Source of the DNA: Candidatus Omnitrophota bacterium
Lineage (GTDB): Bacteria > Omnitrophota > Gorgyraeia > Zapsychrales > JANLHA01
Direction: 5' to 3'
Assembly: GCA_020632535.1 (NCBI GenBank)
Contig: JACKFJ010000008.1
Coordinates: 463-64,462 of the forward strand
Length of the DNA stretch: 64,000 bases
Shown: piece after piece, positions 22,980 through 32,634 of the stretch
How positions within the stretch are numbered: position 1 is the stretch's first letter
Layout: the number at the start of each line of letters is the position of its first letter
Notes under the pieces: generated by a model
Databases searched by the model: none
The model's input: only the letters and a program-made list of their open reading frames with translations
Told to the model about the DNA's origin: nothing
Translations under genes and position numbers: made by a program

Positions 22980-23663
22980 GTGGGACAAAAAGTCAATCCA
23001 TATGTTTTAAGGCTCGGAATTAACCGCAACTGGCGTAGTTTGTGGTATGCGGATCGTAAAGAATTCCAAAACAATGTTATCGAAGATTCAAAAATACGCG
23101 CGTATATTAAAAAGAAGTTTGTTCAAGCCTCTGTTTCATATGTCGTGATTGAGCGAGTGGCCGAAAAAGTTAAGATTTTAATTGCTTCAGCTCGTCCGGG
23201 AATTATCATTGGACGTCGTGGTGCAGATATTGAAAAGTTAAAAGCCGACTTATCTTCAATTACCAAAAGAGAGCTTGCTGTTGATGTTATTGAAATCAAA
23301 AATCCGGCAATTGAAGGGAATTTAGTAGCACAGAATATTTGTTTTCAATTAGAAAAGCGTGTTGCTTTTCGTCGCGCAATGAAGCGTGCGGTTGAGCAAG
23401 CGATGCAGTCTGGTGCCAAGGGTATTAAGTTGGCGGTTGCCGGTCGTTTGGGTGGCGCGGAAATGGCTCGTCGTGAAGTCATTCGTGAAGGATCTGTTCC
23501 GTTGCAGACATTGCGTGCGGATATTGATTATGGTTCCGCTGAAGCGCATACCACATACGGTATTATTGGCGTTAAGGTGTGGGTTTATAAGGGCCAAATT
23601 ATTCCGACGAGAAATATACAAAATCGTCAAGAGCGTCCCGTTATTCGTCCGGTTGCGGAATAA
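22980..23663 (+). CDS. rpsC: 30S ribosomal protein S3
   Basis: GTG start; MGQKVNPYVLRLG, KH domain, GRLGGAEMARRE. Confidence 0.97.
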   Translation: MGQKVNPYVLRLGINRNWRSLWYADRKEFQNNVIEDSKIRAYIKKKFVQASVSYVVIERVAEKVKILIASARPGIIIGRRGADIEKLKADLSSITKRELAVDVIEIKNPAIEGNLVAQNICFQLEKRVAFRRAMKRAVEQAMQSGAKGIKLAVAGRLGGAEMARREVIREGSVPLQTLRADIDYGSAEAHTTYGIIGVKVWVYKGQIIPTRNIQNRQERPVIRPVAE

Positions 23664-23771
23664 AATTTGATTTTAAAGTTTTCGAAGAAAAATGTCCTGA
23701 ATTTTTTCCAGAGTTTCAGGACGTGATTTAAATAAAGAAGCAAAAGTACAATTTATAAAAGGATTTAAAAC

Positions 23772-24194
23772 ATGCAGTTGTTACCTAAAAGAGTTAAGTA
23801 TCGTAAAGTTCAAAAAGGAAAAAATCGCGGCATCGCGACGCGTGGTTCACGATTGACCTTTGGTGAATTCGGTTTAAAAGCGCTCGACAATGGATTAATT
23901 CGTGCTAATCACATGGAAGCTTCGCGCGTCGTTGTGGCTCGTAAATTGCATGGTGCTGGGAAGCTATGGATAAAAATTTTTCCATGTAAACCCATCACAA
24001 AAAAGCCAGCTGAAACTCGTATGGGTAAAGGTAAGGGCGATCTTGACCATTGGGCTGCTCCAGTGCATCGTGGAAAGATTTTATTTGAAATGGGCGGTGT
24101 TCCAGAAGAATTAGCAAAGCAGATCTTTCGTTTAGTAGCATTTAAGTTACCGGTTAGAACCAAATTTATTACCCGCGAATCACAGGGACATTAA
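23772..24194 (+). CDS. rplP: 50S ribosomal protein L16
   Basis: MQLLPKRVKYRKVQKGKNRG, RMGKGKGDLDHW. Confidence 0.97.
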   Translation: MQLLPKRVKYRKVQKGKNRGIATRGSRLTFGEFGLKALDNGLIRANHMEASRVVVARKLHGAGKLWIKIFPCKPITKKPAETRMGKGKGDLDHWAAPVHRGKILFEMGGVPEELAKQIFRLVAFKLPVRTKFITRESQGH

Positions 24195-24270
24195 TCGCGG
24201 TTTTGAGATTCCGATGGAATTTCAGGGTTATGATTTGAATGTGGAAGCAGAAGTATAGAGGGGTCAAATA

Positions 24271-24474
24271 ATGAAAACTAAAGAAATAAGAGAATTAGGT
24301 TTCGAAGAATTAAAGAGTAAAGAAAAGGCTTTGAAAAAAGAACTTTTTGAACTCAAGTATCAGCGCAAGATCGGTCGTGTCGAAAAACCTTCACGTTTTA
24401 AAGTGATTCGCCGGGACATTGCGAAAATTTTCACCATCATCAATGAGAGAGAAAAAGATGGAAGCAAGAGCTAA
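24271..24474 (+). CDS. rpmC: 50S ribosomal protein L29
   Basis: 67 aa; KTKEIRELGFEELKSKEKALKKELFELKYQ. Confidence 0.93.
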   Translation: MKTKEIRELGFEELKSKEKALKKELFELKYQRKIGRVEKPSRFKVIRRDIAKIFTIINEREKDGSKS

Positions 24475-24721
24475 TAGACGTAAGTTCCTTTCGGGCGAAG
24501 TTGTCAGCGACAAGATGGATAAAACTCGTGTTGTTCAGGTTCGTTGGACTTCACAAGATGCAAAATATTTAAAGATTGTGCGCCGAGCTGATAAATATAA
24601 GGCTCATGACGAAAAGAATGCATCTAAACAGGGCGATGTTGTGCGCATCATGGAAACCCGTCCTTTGTCGAAAGATAAGCGTTGGGTTATTACCGAGATT
24701 ATTAAAGCAAGTACTGTATAA
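24458..24721 (+). CDS. rpsQ: 30S ribosomal protein S17
   Basis: Internal ATG gives MEARANRRKFLSGEVVSDKMDKTRVV..., typical S17; overlaps rpmC by 17 nt. ORF-track start 24419 would overlap more. Confidence 0.92.
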   Translation: MEARANRRKFLSGEVVSDKMDKTRVVQVRWTSQDAKYLKIVRRADKYKAHDEKNASKQGDVVRIMETRPLSKDKRWVITEIIKASTV

Positions 24722-24748
24722 GTACAGTACAAGATAAGAGGTTTGACT

Positions 24749-25117
24749 ATGTTATATTTAAAAACACTTTTGGATGTTGCAGATAATACCGGTGCACGCA
24801 AGGCTTCGATGATTGGTGTTCTAAATGCGAAGGGTCGTATGTGGGCGCAAATCGGCGACATTATTCGTGTCAACATCAAGGAATCTGCTCCTGATGCTGC
24901 TGTGAAAAAAGGTGAAAAAGCCCGCGGGGTGGTCGTTAGAACTTGCTGCCCAATTAAGCGTCCGGACGGAACAACGGTACGGTTTGATAGTAATGCTTTA
25001 GTAATCATTGATGAAGCTGGAAATCCAAAAGGGACACGCGTTTTTGGACCAGTAGCTCGTGAGTTGCGAAATTTGGAATTTATGAAAATAGTTTCTTTAG
25101 CGCCAGAGGTTGTGTAA
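24749..25117 (+). CDS. rplN: 50S ribosomal protein L14
   Basis: MLYLKTLLDVADNTGARK..., FGPVARELR; ATG at 24749 preferred over the ORF-track TTG at 24743. Confidence 0.96.
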   Translation: MLYLKTLLDVADNTGARKASMIGVLNAKGRMWAQIGDIIRVNIKESAPDAAVKKGEKARGVVVRTCCPIKRPDGTTVRFDSNALVIIDEAGNPKGTRVFGPVARELRNLEFMKIVSLAPEVV

Positions 25118-25428
25118 TGTTGACTATTAAAAAAGATGATATTGTGAAAGTTATCGCCGGTAAAGATAAAGGAAAAACTGGAAAGATCATTGATGTTTTC
25201 CCAGCAACGAATCGAGTGTTGGTTGAGAAAATCAATCTTGTCAAAAAGGCAAAGCGAAAAACACAGGCAAACCCACAAGGTGGCTTGATTGATATCGAAG
25301 CGCCGATTCACCGTTCGAATGTGATGTTGATCGATAAAAAAACGAATAAGGTTAGTCGTTTTGGGGTTTCAATTCTCAAGGATGGCAGTAAGGCTCGTAT
25401 TAGTAAAAAAAGCGGCGAAGAGATTTAA
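25117..25428 (+). CDS. rplX: 50S ribosomal protein L24
   Basis: KOW motif IKKDDIVKVIAGKDKGKTGKI; ATG overlaps rplN stop by 1 nt. Confidence 0.95.
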   Translation: MLTIKKDDIVKVIAGKDKGKTGKIIDVFPATNRVLVEKINLVKKAKRKTQANPQGGLIDIEAPIHRSNVMLIDKKTNKVSRFGVSILKDGSKARISKKSGEEI

Positions 25429-25518
25429 TCCTTAACTCGTTGTGCTTGTTGAGAATTATGATTTAAGCAAGAAAACAAAAGTATTGAAGGGATTTAAATA
25501 ATTTAAGGAGTTTGTAAG

Positions 25519-26091
25519 ATGGCAACCACAGCAGTTCCAAGACTTTTAAAAAAATATCGGGAAGACGTTATCCCGGCCGTGCAGAAGAAATTTGGTATTA
25601 CCAACCCTATGGCTGTTCCACATCTTCAGAAAATTGTAATTAATATGGGTGTTGGTGCCGCAATCGCGGATATGAAGATTTTAGACGCTGCGGTCGCAGA
25701 TCTTTCGATTATCACGGGACAAAAGCCCATTATTCGTCGGGCAAGAGTCGCAATTTCAAATTTCAAATTGCGCAAAGATCTTCCCATTGGCTGTATGGTG
25801 ACATTGCGTCGTTATAAGATGTATGAATTTTTAGATCGTTTTGTCAGCGTCGCTTTGCCTCGTATTCGCGATTTTAATGGTGTTCCAACAAAATCTTTTG
25901 ATAAACAAGGTAATTATAATTTAGGGATTGCCGAGCAGACTATTTTTGCGGAAATTGAAGTCGGTCGTTTAAGTCGCACGCAAGGTATGGATATTGCATT
26001 CGTATTCAGCCACGGGAATACGGAAGAAAATTCAGAAGTTCTACGGCTTTTAGGTATGCCGTTTCGTAAATCTAAGGGAGAGGAAAGCTAA
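25519..26091 (+). CDS. rplE: 50S ribosomal protein L5
   Basis: [38 protein letters not shown]. Confidence 0.96.
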   Translation: MATTAVPRLLKKYREDVIPAVQKKFGITNPMAVPHLQKIVINMGVGAAIADMKILDAAVADLSIITGQKPIIRRARVAISNFKLRKDLPIGCMVTLRRYKMYEFLDRFVSVALPRIRDFNGVPTKSFDKQGNYNLGIAEQTIFAEIEVGRLSRTQGMDIAFVFSHGNTEENSEVLRLLGMPFRKSKGEES

Positions 26092-26096
26092 ATCGT

Positions 26097-26282
26097 ATGG
26101 CAAGGAAAGCTTTAGTTTTAAAAGCAGCAAAGAAACCAAAATTTAGCACGCGTCAGCATAATCGCTGTATCCTTTGTGGACGTCCGCGTGGGTACTTGAG
26201 ACGATTTGGAACCTGTCGTATTTGTTTCCGCGAACTTGCTTGGCGCGGTGAAATTCCCGGTGTTAAAAAAGCCAGCTGGTAA
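26097..26282 (+). CDS. rpsN: 30S ribosomal protein S14, zinc-binding type Z
   Basis: 61 aa; [38 protein letters not shown] (CxxC...CxxC). Confidence 0.96.
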   Translation: MARKALVLKAAKKPKFSTRQHNRCILCGRPRGYLRRFGTCRICFRELAWRGEIPGVKKASW

Positions 26283-26356
26283 CCCGAGGAATTTAAAAAG
26301 TATAATGTTTTCAGTGGTTATAAATTAAAATTAAAAGATTTAAAGGAAATTAAAAA

Positions 26357-26752
26357 ATGTCTATCAGTGATCCAATTGCAAATGCTTTAACGAATATCCG
26401 TAATGCCATGCGTGCTCGTAAGGAAACGTTAGATATTCCGGCTTCAAATTTGATCGGAAAAATTCTTGGTATTTTAAAAGCTGATGGATACATTGAAGAT
26501 TTTCGCTTGATGAAGAGCAATGCGCAGGGCTCGTTTAAGATTTATCTTAAATATATCAATAAGGCTCCGGCGATTATTGGTTTAAAACGTATTTCTAGGC
26601 CGGGGCTTCGTAAATATGTCGATAACACAAAGGTTCCGCACGTCCTCAATGGTTTGGGAACGGCGGTAATTTCAACCTCAAAAGGGGTTTTAACCGATCG
26701 CGAAGCGCGCAAGCTAAGTGTCGGTGGCGAACTCATTTGCTATATCTGGTAG
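26357..26752 (+). CDS. rpsH: 30S ribosomal protein S8
   Basis: DPIANALTNIRNA, GGELICYIW C-terminus. Confidence 0.96.
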   Translation: MSISDPIANALTNIRNAMRARKETLDIPASNLIGKILGILKADGYIEDFRLMKSNAQGSFKIYLKYINKAPAIIGLKRISRPGLRKYVDNTKVPHVLNGLGTAVISTSKGVLTDREARKLSVGGELICYIW

Positions 26753-26761
26753 GATCTCATT

Positions 26762-27301
26762 ATGTCAAGAAAAGGTAAAATTCCAATTCAGTTGGTTAAG
26801 GATGCAAAAATTTTTGTTGAAAAGTCTTCTGTTCGTGTTGAAGGCCCAAAGGGAAAATTAACCGTTGATTTACCTTCGGGAATTAGCGTTGAACAAAAAG
26901 ACGATCATGTTTTGGTCAACCGTAAGGGTGATTTAAAGCAATCTAAAGCTAATCATGGAACGATTCGTTCCTTATTGGTTAATATGATTGAGGGTGTAAC
27001 TAAGGGCCACAAAAAGGAATTGCAAATTACCGGTGTTGGGTTTCGCGCGCAAGCAACAGGTGGCAAACTCGTTTTGAATATCGGTTTTAGTCACCCCATT
27101 GAATATGCTATTCCGCAAGATGTTAAAGTTGCGACACCTGCCCCGACACAAATTTCGATTGAAGGTGTTGATAAATCCTTAGTCGGACGCGTAGCGGCGG
27201 AAATTAGAGATTTCAAGCGTCCTGAACCATACAAGGGCAAAGGTATCGCATATGTTGGTGAAGTTATACGCAGAAAACAAGGTAAATCGGTAACTAAGTA
27301 A
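26762..27301 (+). CDS. rplF: 50S ribosomal protein L6
   Basis: MSRKGKIPI, two L6 repeats, PEPYKGKGI. Confidence 0.96.
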   Translation: MSRKGKIPIQLVKDAKIFVEKSSVRVEGPKGKLTVDLPSGISVEQKDDHVLVNRKGDLKQSKANHGTIRSLLVNMIEGVTKGHKKELQITGVGFRAQATGGKLVLNIGFSHPIEYAIPQDVKVATPAPTQISIEGVDKSLVGRVAAEIRDFKRPEPYKGKGIAYVGEVIRRKQGKSVTK

Positions 27302-27327
27302 TCGTAATAAGCTGAAGGAATTTTATC

Positions 27328-27699
27328 ATGTCAGGAAAAAGAAATAATACTGAAGTCCGCCGTCAAGCTCGTCATGAGCGCGTTCGTAAAACTGTCGTTG
27401 GGACACAAGAACGGCCGCGACTTTGCGTGCATCGCAGTCTTAATAACTTGATCGCGCAAGTCGTTGATGATTCGAGCCAAAAAGTTTTGTTTGGTATTTC
27501 AACGCAAAGCAAGGAATTGCGTACGAAATTAAAAACTGGTGGGAACGTTGCGGCAGCATCTGCTTTAGGGGAGGTCATGGCAGCAAAGGCAAAAAAAGAA
27601 GGTGTTACTAAGGTTTCTTTTGATCGCGGCGGATATCTTTATCATGGTCGTGTCAAGGCGTTTGCTGAAGCTGCACGTAAAGGCGGGTTAGAGTTCTAA
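27328..27699 (+). CDS. rplR: 50S ribosomal protein L18
   Basis: [60 protein letters not shown]. Confidence 0.96.
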   Translation: MSGKRNNTEVRRQARHERVRKTVVGTQERPRLCVHRSLNNLIAQVVDDSSQKVLFGISTQSKELRTKLKTGGNVAAASALGEVMAAKAKKEGVTKVSFDRGGYLYHGRVKAFAEAARKGGLEF

Positions 27700-27772
27700 G
27701 CACGAGTGATTTTTGTGAGTATTCAGTTCTTCGCTACGCGAAGGATTAATAAGACTTGGAGAGAATAAATTC

Positions 27773-28471
27773 ATGGCAGATATTGAAAAAGATTTGAAAC
27801 GTAAGAAAAAAAATCTTCCTGTGGTCATCAAGGGTAAAGATCGTAATGATGGTGTTGTTGAGGAAGTTACAACTGGCGAGGATATTATTGCCGCTCCAGC
27901 TGAAGCCCAAGGACAAGGCCGTAAACCACAGGCCGGCAAACGTCCGCCACGTCGCCGTGAAATTGAACCTTCAGAATTTATTGAAAAAGTTTTGGCGATT
28001 AAGCGTGTTACTAAGGTTACTAAAGGCGGGAAGAAAATTGCTTTTAGTGCGTTAGTCGTTGTTGGTAATGAACAAGGTAAAGTTGGTTTTGCTGTTGAAA
28101 AAGCGGGTGAAGTCGCGACCGCGATTAAAAAATCACTTGGAAAAGCTAAGAAAAATATGATTCAAATCCCCCTAAAAGGGACAACGATTCCTCACGAAAT
28201 TATTGGGTGTTGCGGAGCGGCACGCGTTCTTTTAAAGCCAGCCGCGGATGGTACTGGTGTTATCGCCTCTGGCGCTATTCGTGCTGTTTGTGACGGTGCT
28301 GGTATTCGTAATATTTTGACAAAGTGTCATCGTTCGAATAATCCGTTAAATGTTGTTAAGGCGACATTTGATGGTTTGACTCGACTTAAAATTGCTCATC
28401 AATCTTTTGATCGAAATCAGGAGAGTGCTCTTGTTGGAGCGGGTACACCTGAAGCCGGTCCAGCAGCATAA
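27773..28471 (+). CDS. rpsE: 30S ribosomal protein S5 (with long N-terminal and short C-terminal extensions)
   Basis: Core [51 protein letters not shown]. It is preceded by about 65 aa of charged/Pro-rich sequence, giving 232 aa versus about 165 typical. Confidence 0.93.
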   Translation: MADIEKDLKRKKKNLPVVIKGKDRNDGVVEEVTTGEDIIAAPAEAQGQGRKPQAGKRPPRRREIEPSEFIEKVLAIKRVTKVTKGGKKIAFSALVVVGNEQGKVGFAVEKAGEVATAIKKSLGKAKKNMIQIPLKGTTIPHEIIGCCGAARVLLKPAADGTGVIASGAIRAVCDGAGIRNILTKCHRSNNPLNVVKATFDGLTRLKIAHQSFDRNQESALVGAGTPEAGPAA

Positions 28472-28482
28472 GGAATATTAAA

Positions 28483-28971
28483 ATGCAGACTCATCAAATT
28501 CCCCAGCCTAAAGGTTCACACAAGCGTCGTAAAATTGTTGGGCGCGGTAAGGGTTCTGGTTCTGGTAAGACATCTGGTCGTGGGCATGGTCGTAATCAAG
28601 GGGCACGTTCTGGCCGTGGTATTATTCCTCAGCTAGAAGGTGGTCAGATGCCGCTTTTGCGTAGAACGCCCAAAATTGGTTTTCGTCGCAAGAATCCATT
28701 GCTTTATCAAGAAGTTAGCCTTGAAGCTTTGGCGAAATTTAAAGCCGGCGCTGTTGTTGATGCAATTGGTCTTCGCCAAAAAGGTCTGATTGAAAATCCG
28801 TACAAACCATTTAAGATTTTAGGCGATGGTGAAATCAAGAATGCTTTAACTGTTCGCGCTTACGCTTTTTCAAAGTCAGCTGAGGAGAAGATTACTAAGG
28901 CCGGCGGAAAAGCGGAAGTCGTTGACAAAAAAGCTTTAATTATTGAGGTTAAAAAGTCTGCCAAGAAATAA
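28483..28971 (+). CDS. rplO: 50S ribosomal protein L15
   Basis: KRRKIVGRGKGSGSGKTSGRGHGRNQGARSG, GGQMPLLRRTPK; starts 11 nt after rpsE, so there is no rpmD between them. Confidence 0.95.
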   Translation: MQTHQIPQPKGSHKRRKIVGRGKGSGSGKTSGRGHGRNQGARSGRGIIPQLEGGQMPLLRRTPKIGFRRKNPLLYQEVSLEALAKFKAGAVVDAIGLRQKGLIENPYKPFKILGDGEIKNALTVRAYAFSKSAEEKITKAGGKAEVVDKKALIIEVKKSAKK

Positions 28972-28986
28972 TTGGCATCATAAATC

Positions 28987-30330
28987 ATGCTATCCGCTTT
29001 TGCCAATTGCTTTCGAATCCCAGAGTTAAGAAATAAGATTTTATTAACGATCGGGATTATTGTTATTTATCGTTTAGGCTGTTTTATTCCGACACCCGGA
29101 GTTAATGGCGCGGTTTTAAATTCTTATTTTGCCAAGTTGAACGCGGGTGGCGCAGGAACGCTCTTTGGAATGATGAGTATGTTTTCGGGAAGTGCGCTCG
29201 AACGTATGACGATTTTTGCTTTAGGAATTATGCCATACATTTCGAGTTCGATTATTATGCAGTTGTTGACCGCTGTTATTCCAAGTCTTGAAAGATTGGC
29301 AAAGGAAGGACAGGCTGGTTATCGCAAGATTAATCAGTATACCCGTTATGGAACGCTTGGTTTATGTCTTGTTCAGTCATTTTTTATAGCCCTATGGTTA
29401 GAAAAACAAGCATTTGATGGCGCGGTCGTTGTGAATATGCCCGGTTGGGGTTTTCGATTTGTGACGGTGATGACCTTAACAGGAGGCACAATTTTTCTAA
29501 TGTGGCTTGGTGAACAGATTCAAGAGCGAGGAATTGGAAACGGAATTTCGCTTTTGATCACGGCTGGTATTATTTCAGCTATGCCATCTGCCATGCACAC
29601 GTTATGGCTTTTAATGTCCGCCAAAACAGTGGGAGCGGCACAATTGCAGCCGTTAACATTATTGATTATGATTTGCTTTTTGATAGCGGTTATTCTTTCG
29701 ATTACGATGATTTCGCAGGGACAGCGCAAAATTCCTGTTCAGTACGCGCGAAGAATTGTAGGACGAAAAGTTTATGGCGGACAGAGTACATATATTCCGT
29801 TAAAGGTTGATACATCCGGCGTTATCGCAATCATTTTTGCGCAGTCGATTATTATGTTTCCAGCGACGATTGCCAGTTTTATGCCGTTTGCAGGTTTTCA
29901 GCACTTTTCAGCACTTTTTACGCGTGGCGGTCCGGTTTATTATTCTGTTTATGGTCTTTTGATTATTTTCTTTTGCTATTTTTATACAGCCATTGTTTTT
30001 AATCCGGTAGATGTTGCTGAGAATATGAAGAAACATGGGGGTTTTATTCCTGGTGTTCGACCCGGAAACAATACGGCAGATTATTTGGATTTTGTTTTGA
30101 CACGTATCACTTTAGCGGGCGCTTGTTTTATATGTATCATTGCGGTTATGCCCGATGCAATTATGGCATCTTTTAAAGTTCCGTATTTGGTGGCTTCGTT
30201 TTTTGGGGGCACGGGTATTCTAATTATTGTGGGTGTTATGCTTGACACGATGAAACAAGTTGAATCACATTTAACAATGCGTCATTATGATGGCTTTTTG
30301 AAAACAGGTCAGTTGCGGGGTAGACGATGA
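28987..30330 (+). CDS. secY: preprotein translocase subunit SecY
   Basis: 447 aa, 10 predicted TM segments; IFALGIMPYISSSIIMQLL, WLGEQIQERGIGNGISLLI. Confidence 0.97.
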   Translation: MLSAFANCFRIPELRNKILLTIGIIVIYRLGCFIPTPGVNGAVLNSYFAKLNAGGAGTLFGMMSMFSGSALERMTIFALGIMPYISSSIIMQLLTAVIPSLERLAKEGQAGYRKINQYTRYGTLGLCLVQSFFIALWLEKQAFDGAVVVNMPGWGFRFVTVMTLTGGTIFLMWLGEQIQERGIGNGISLLITAGIISAMPSAMHTLWLLMSAKTVGAAQLQPLTLLIMICFLIAVILSITMISQGQRKIPVQYARRIVGRKVYGGQSTYIPLKVDTSGVIAIIFAQSIIMFPATIASFMPFAGFQHFSALFTRGGPVYYSVYGLLIIFFCYFYTAIVFNPVDVAENMKKHGGFIPGVRPGNNTADYLDFVLTRITLAGACFICIIAVMPDAIMASFKVPYLVASFFGGTGILIIVGVMLDTMKQVESHLTMRHYDGFLKTGQLRGRR

Positions 30331-31013
30331 ACACCATCCTTTTAGGACCTCCGGGTGCCGGGAAGGGAACACTTGCAGCAATGCTTAAGGATAATTTTGG
30401 TGTTTTACATATATCGACCGGTGATCTTTTGCGCGAGGAAATGAAGGGCGGAACAGATTTTGGAAAAGAAATTAAGAAGTATGTTGATAGTGGAGCTCTT
30501 GTTCCGGATGAAATTGTCATTAAGATGATTGAGAATAAATTAAGCCACAAGGACAAAAGTCCAAAGGGTTATATGTTAGACGGGTTTCCTCGCACGGAAG
30601 TACAAGCCAAGGATCTCGACAGAATTTTAAAGAAGATTGATCGGCCAATTGATTTTGCTCTTTATATGGAAGCTAGTCTTCCTGTGATTTTACAGCGTTT
30701 GACAGGACGTCGGGTTTGTCGAAAGTGTGGCGCGATTTCACATATTAAAAATCGTCCTTCAAAACGTCCGGGAATTTGCGATCATTGTGATGGTGAGCTT
30801 TATCAGCGCCCAGATGATACGGAAGAGACAATTCTCAATCGCATGCAGGTTTATGCTGAGAAAACAGCACCGATTGTTGACTATTATGCCAAGCAGGATA
30901 AGCTTGAGACCGTTTCCGGTGATGAGGAAACAGAAGAGCTTTTAAAAACCGTAACGAAAATTTGGAATGACGGCCACCAATCATATAAAGCTAAAAGCGC
31001 CGAACGAAATTAA
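30327..31013 (+). CDS. adk: adenylate kinase (Zn-binding lid)
   Basis: P-loop LLGPPGAGKGT; lid CRKCG...CDHCDGELYQRPDD; ATGA overlap with secY stop. Confidence 0.95.
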   Translation: MNTILLGPPGAGKGTLAAMLKDNFGVLHISTGDLLREEMKGGTDFGKEIKKYVDSGALVPDEIVIKMIENKLSHKDKSPKGYMLDGFPRTEVQAKDLDRILKKIDRPIDFALYMEASLPVILQRLTGRRVCRKCGAISHIKNRPSKRPGICDHCDGELYQRPDDTEETILNRMQVYAEKTAPIVDYYAKQDKLETVSGDEETEELLKTVTKIWNDGHQSYKAKSAERN

Positions 31014-31725
31014 GATTTTGCGGAAGGCAGGACGTATTCTGTCTTCAATAGTCAAAGAAGTTACGCGTTCTTTAAAATCAGGGATGACAACCCAACAGTT
31101 GGATTTGATTGCTGAAAAATTAATTAGTGATCACGATGTAATACCCGCGTTTAAGGGGTATCGGGGTTTTCCCGCTTGCTGTTGTATATCGGTCAATCAG
31201 GAAGTTGTGCACGGTATTCCCGGCGATCGTGTGATACGTGATGGAGATATTGTTAGTGTTGACGTCGGTATCATTTATCAGGAATATTATTCTGATACCG
31301 CGGTCACTGTGGGAGTTGGGAAAATAAGCTCAAAGCTTCAGGAGCTTTTGGACGTGACGCGTCAATCGTTATACGAAGGCATTGAGCAAGCGCATCCGGG
31401 GAATCGACTTGGAGACATTTCGTATGCGATTCAGAAATATGTTGAAGAGAGAAGTTTTTCGATTGTAAGGGATTTTGTTGGGCACGGAATTGGTAGAAAT
31501 CTCCATGAAGCACCTGAGATTCCAAACTTTGGTTCACCAGCAACTGGGCCAGTTCTTAAGGAAGGTATGGTCATCGCAATTGAACCGATGGTCAATGTTG
31601 GGACATGGCAGACACGTATTTGTGATGATGGTTGGACAGTGGTGACCGCGGATGGTCAGCCCTCTGCACATTTTGAACACAGTTTGGCGATCACCGCAGA
31701 CGGTCCGCTAATATTGACAGAGTAA
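30967..31725 (+). CDS. map: type I methionine aminopeptidase
   Basis: CCCISVNQEVVHGIP, GDIVSVDVG, FVGHGIGRNLHE, IEPM, EHS metal ligand blocks; the only in-frame ATG overlaps the adk tail by 47 nt. Confidence 0.93.
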   Translation: MTATNHIKLKAPNEIKILRKAGRILSSIVKEVTRSLKSGMTTQQLDLIAEKLISDHDVIPAFKGYRGFPACCCISVNQEVVHGIPGDRVIRDGDIVSVDVGIIYQEYYSDTAVTVGVGKISSKLQELLDVTRQSLYEGIEQAHPGNRLGDISYAIQKYVEERSFSIVRDFVGHGIGRNLHEAPEIPNFGSPATGPVLKEGMVIAIEPMVNVGTWQTRICDDGWTVVTADGQPSAHFEHSLAITADGPLILTE

Positions 31726-31731
31726 TATTTT

Positions 31732-31950
31732 ATGGCTAAAGAAGATTCAATTGAAGTGGAAGGCATTATTGACGAAGCTTTGCCTAATGCTCAGTTTAAG
31801 GTCAAACTTGACAATGGGCACATGGTTTTAGCGCATTTGGCCGGAAAAATGAGAATGCATTTTATTCGCATCATTCCCGGTGACAGAGTGAAGGTGGAGC
31901 TTTCGCCTTATGATTTATCGCGTGGACGCATAACATATAGGTGCAAATGA
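31732..31950 (+). CDS. infA: translation initiation factor IF-1
   Basis: [70 protein letters not shown]. Confidence 0.97.
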   Translation: MAKEDSIEVEGIIDEALPNAQFKVKLDNGHMVLAHLAGKMRMHFIRIIPGDRVKVELSPYDLSRGRITYRCK

Positions 31951-32030
31951 GGATCTTGAGCTAAAAGCTCAATATCCGAAACCCCGCTAGTCTTTAGACT
32001 GCTGCGGGATAAATGTGAGAAAGTGCAAAT

Positions 32031-32144
32031 ATGAAAGTTAAGTCATCCGTTAAGAGAATTTGTAATAAATGCAAGATCGTTCGTCGCCAAAATGTTGTGC
32101 GCGTGATCTGCTCAAACCCTAAGCATAAACAGCGTCAGGGATAA
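32031..32144 (+). CDS. rpmJ: 50S ribosomal protein L36 (zinc C+ form)
   Basis: 37-aa ORF below ORF-track cutoff: [37 protein letters not shown]; canonical position between infA and rpsM. Confidence 0.93.
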   Translation: MKVKSSVKRICNKCKIVRRQNVVRVICSNPKHKQRQG

Positions 32145-32155
32145 AGGAAAACGAT

Positions 32156-32545
32156 ATGCCAAGAATTTTAGGTGTGGATATTCCCCGTGAAAAAAGAATT
32201 GATGCGTCATTGCCATATCTTTATGGTATTGGTCGTTTCACCGCAAAACAAGTTCTTGCGGATGCTAAAATTGATCCGAGTCGTCGGGCAAAGGATCTTA
32301 GTGACGAAGAAATCGCTAAAATCACCGGGATTATTCAGAATAATTATTTGATTGAAGGTGATTTACGTCGTGATATGAATCAAAATATCCGTCGACATAT
32401 GGATATGGGTAGCTATCGAGGAGTTCGTCATCGTAAAGGACTTCCGGTTCGTGGACAGCGTACAAAAACCAATGCGCGGACTCGCAAGGGTAAGAAACCA
32501 ATTATTCAAGCAAAGAGTTCAGCGGCTCCAGCAGGTAAAAAATAA
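32156..32545 (+). CDS. rpsM: 30S ribosomal protein S13
   Basis: [41 protein letters not shown]. Confidence 0.97.
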   Translation: MPRILGVDIPREKRIDASLPYLYGIGRFTAKQVLADAKIDPSRRAKDLSDEEIAKITGIIQNNYLIEGDLRRDMNQNIRRHMDMGSYRGVRHRKGLPVRGQRTKTNARTRKGKKPIIQAKSSAAPAGKK

Positions 32546-32634
32546 TCAGGAATAATTCTTAGCTTGGTGTACTCGCTTAGGATTGTTGTTTGAATTTTGA
32601 ATAGGGAAGCAAGCGAGATAAAAAGAGGATTCAG

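Noticed and set aside
24604-25311. 235-aa ORF on the minus strand, the longest unassigned ORF in the window
   Set aside because: It lies entirely antisense to rpsQ, rplN and rplX, whose identities are unambiguous. Its sequence is low-complexity and Ser/Thr/Phe-rich with no recognisable motif, SD or promoter. Long stop-free antisense frames opposite highly expressed, codon-biased genes are a known artefact.
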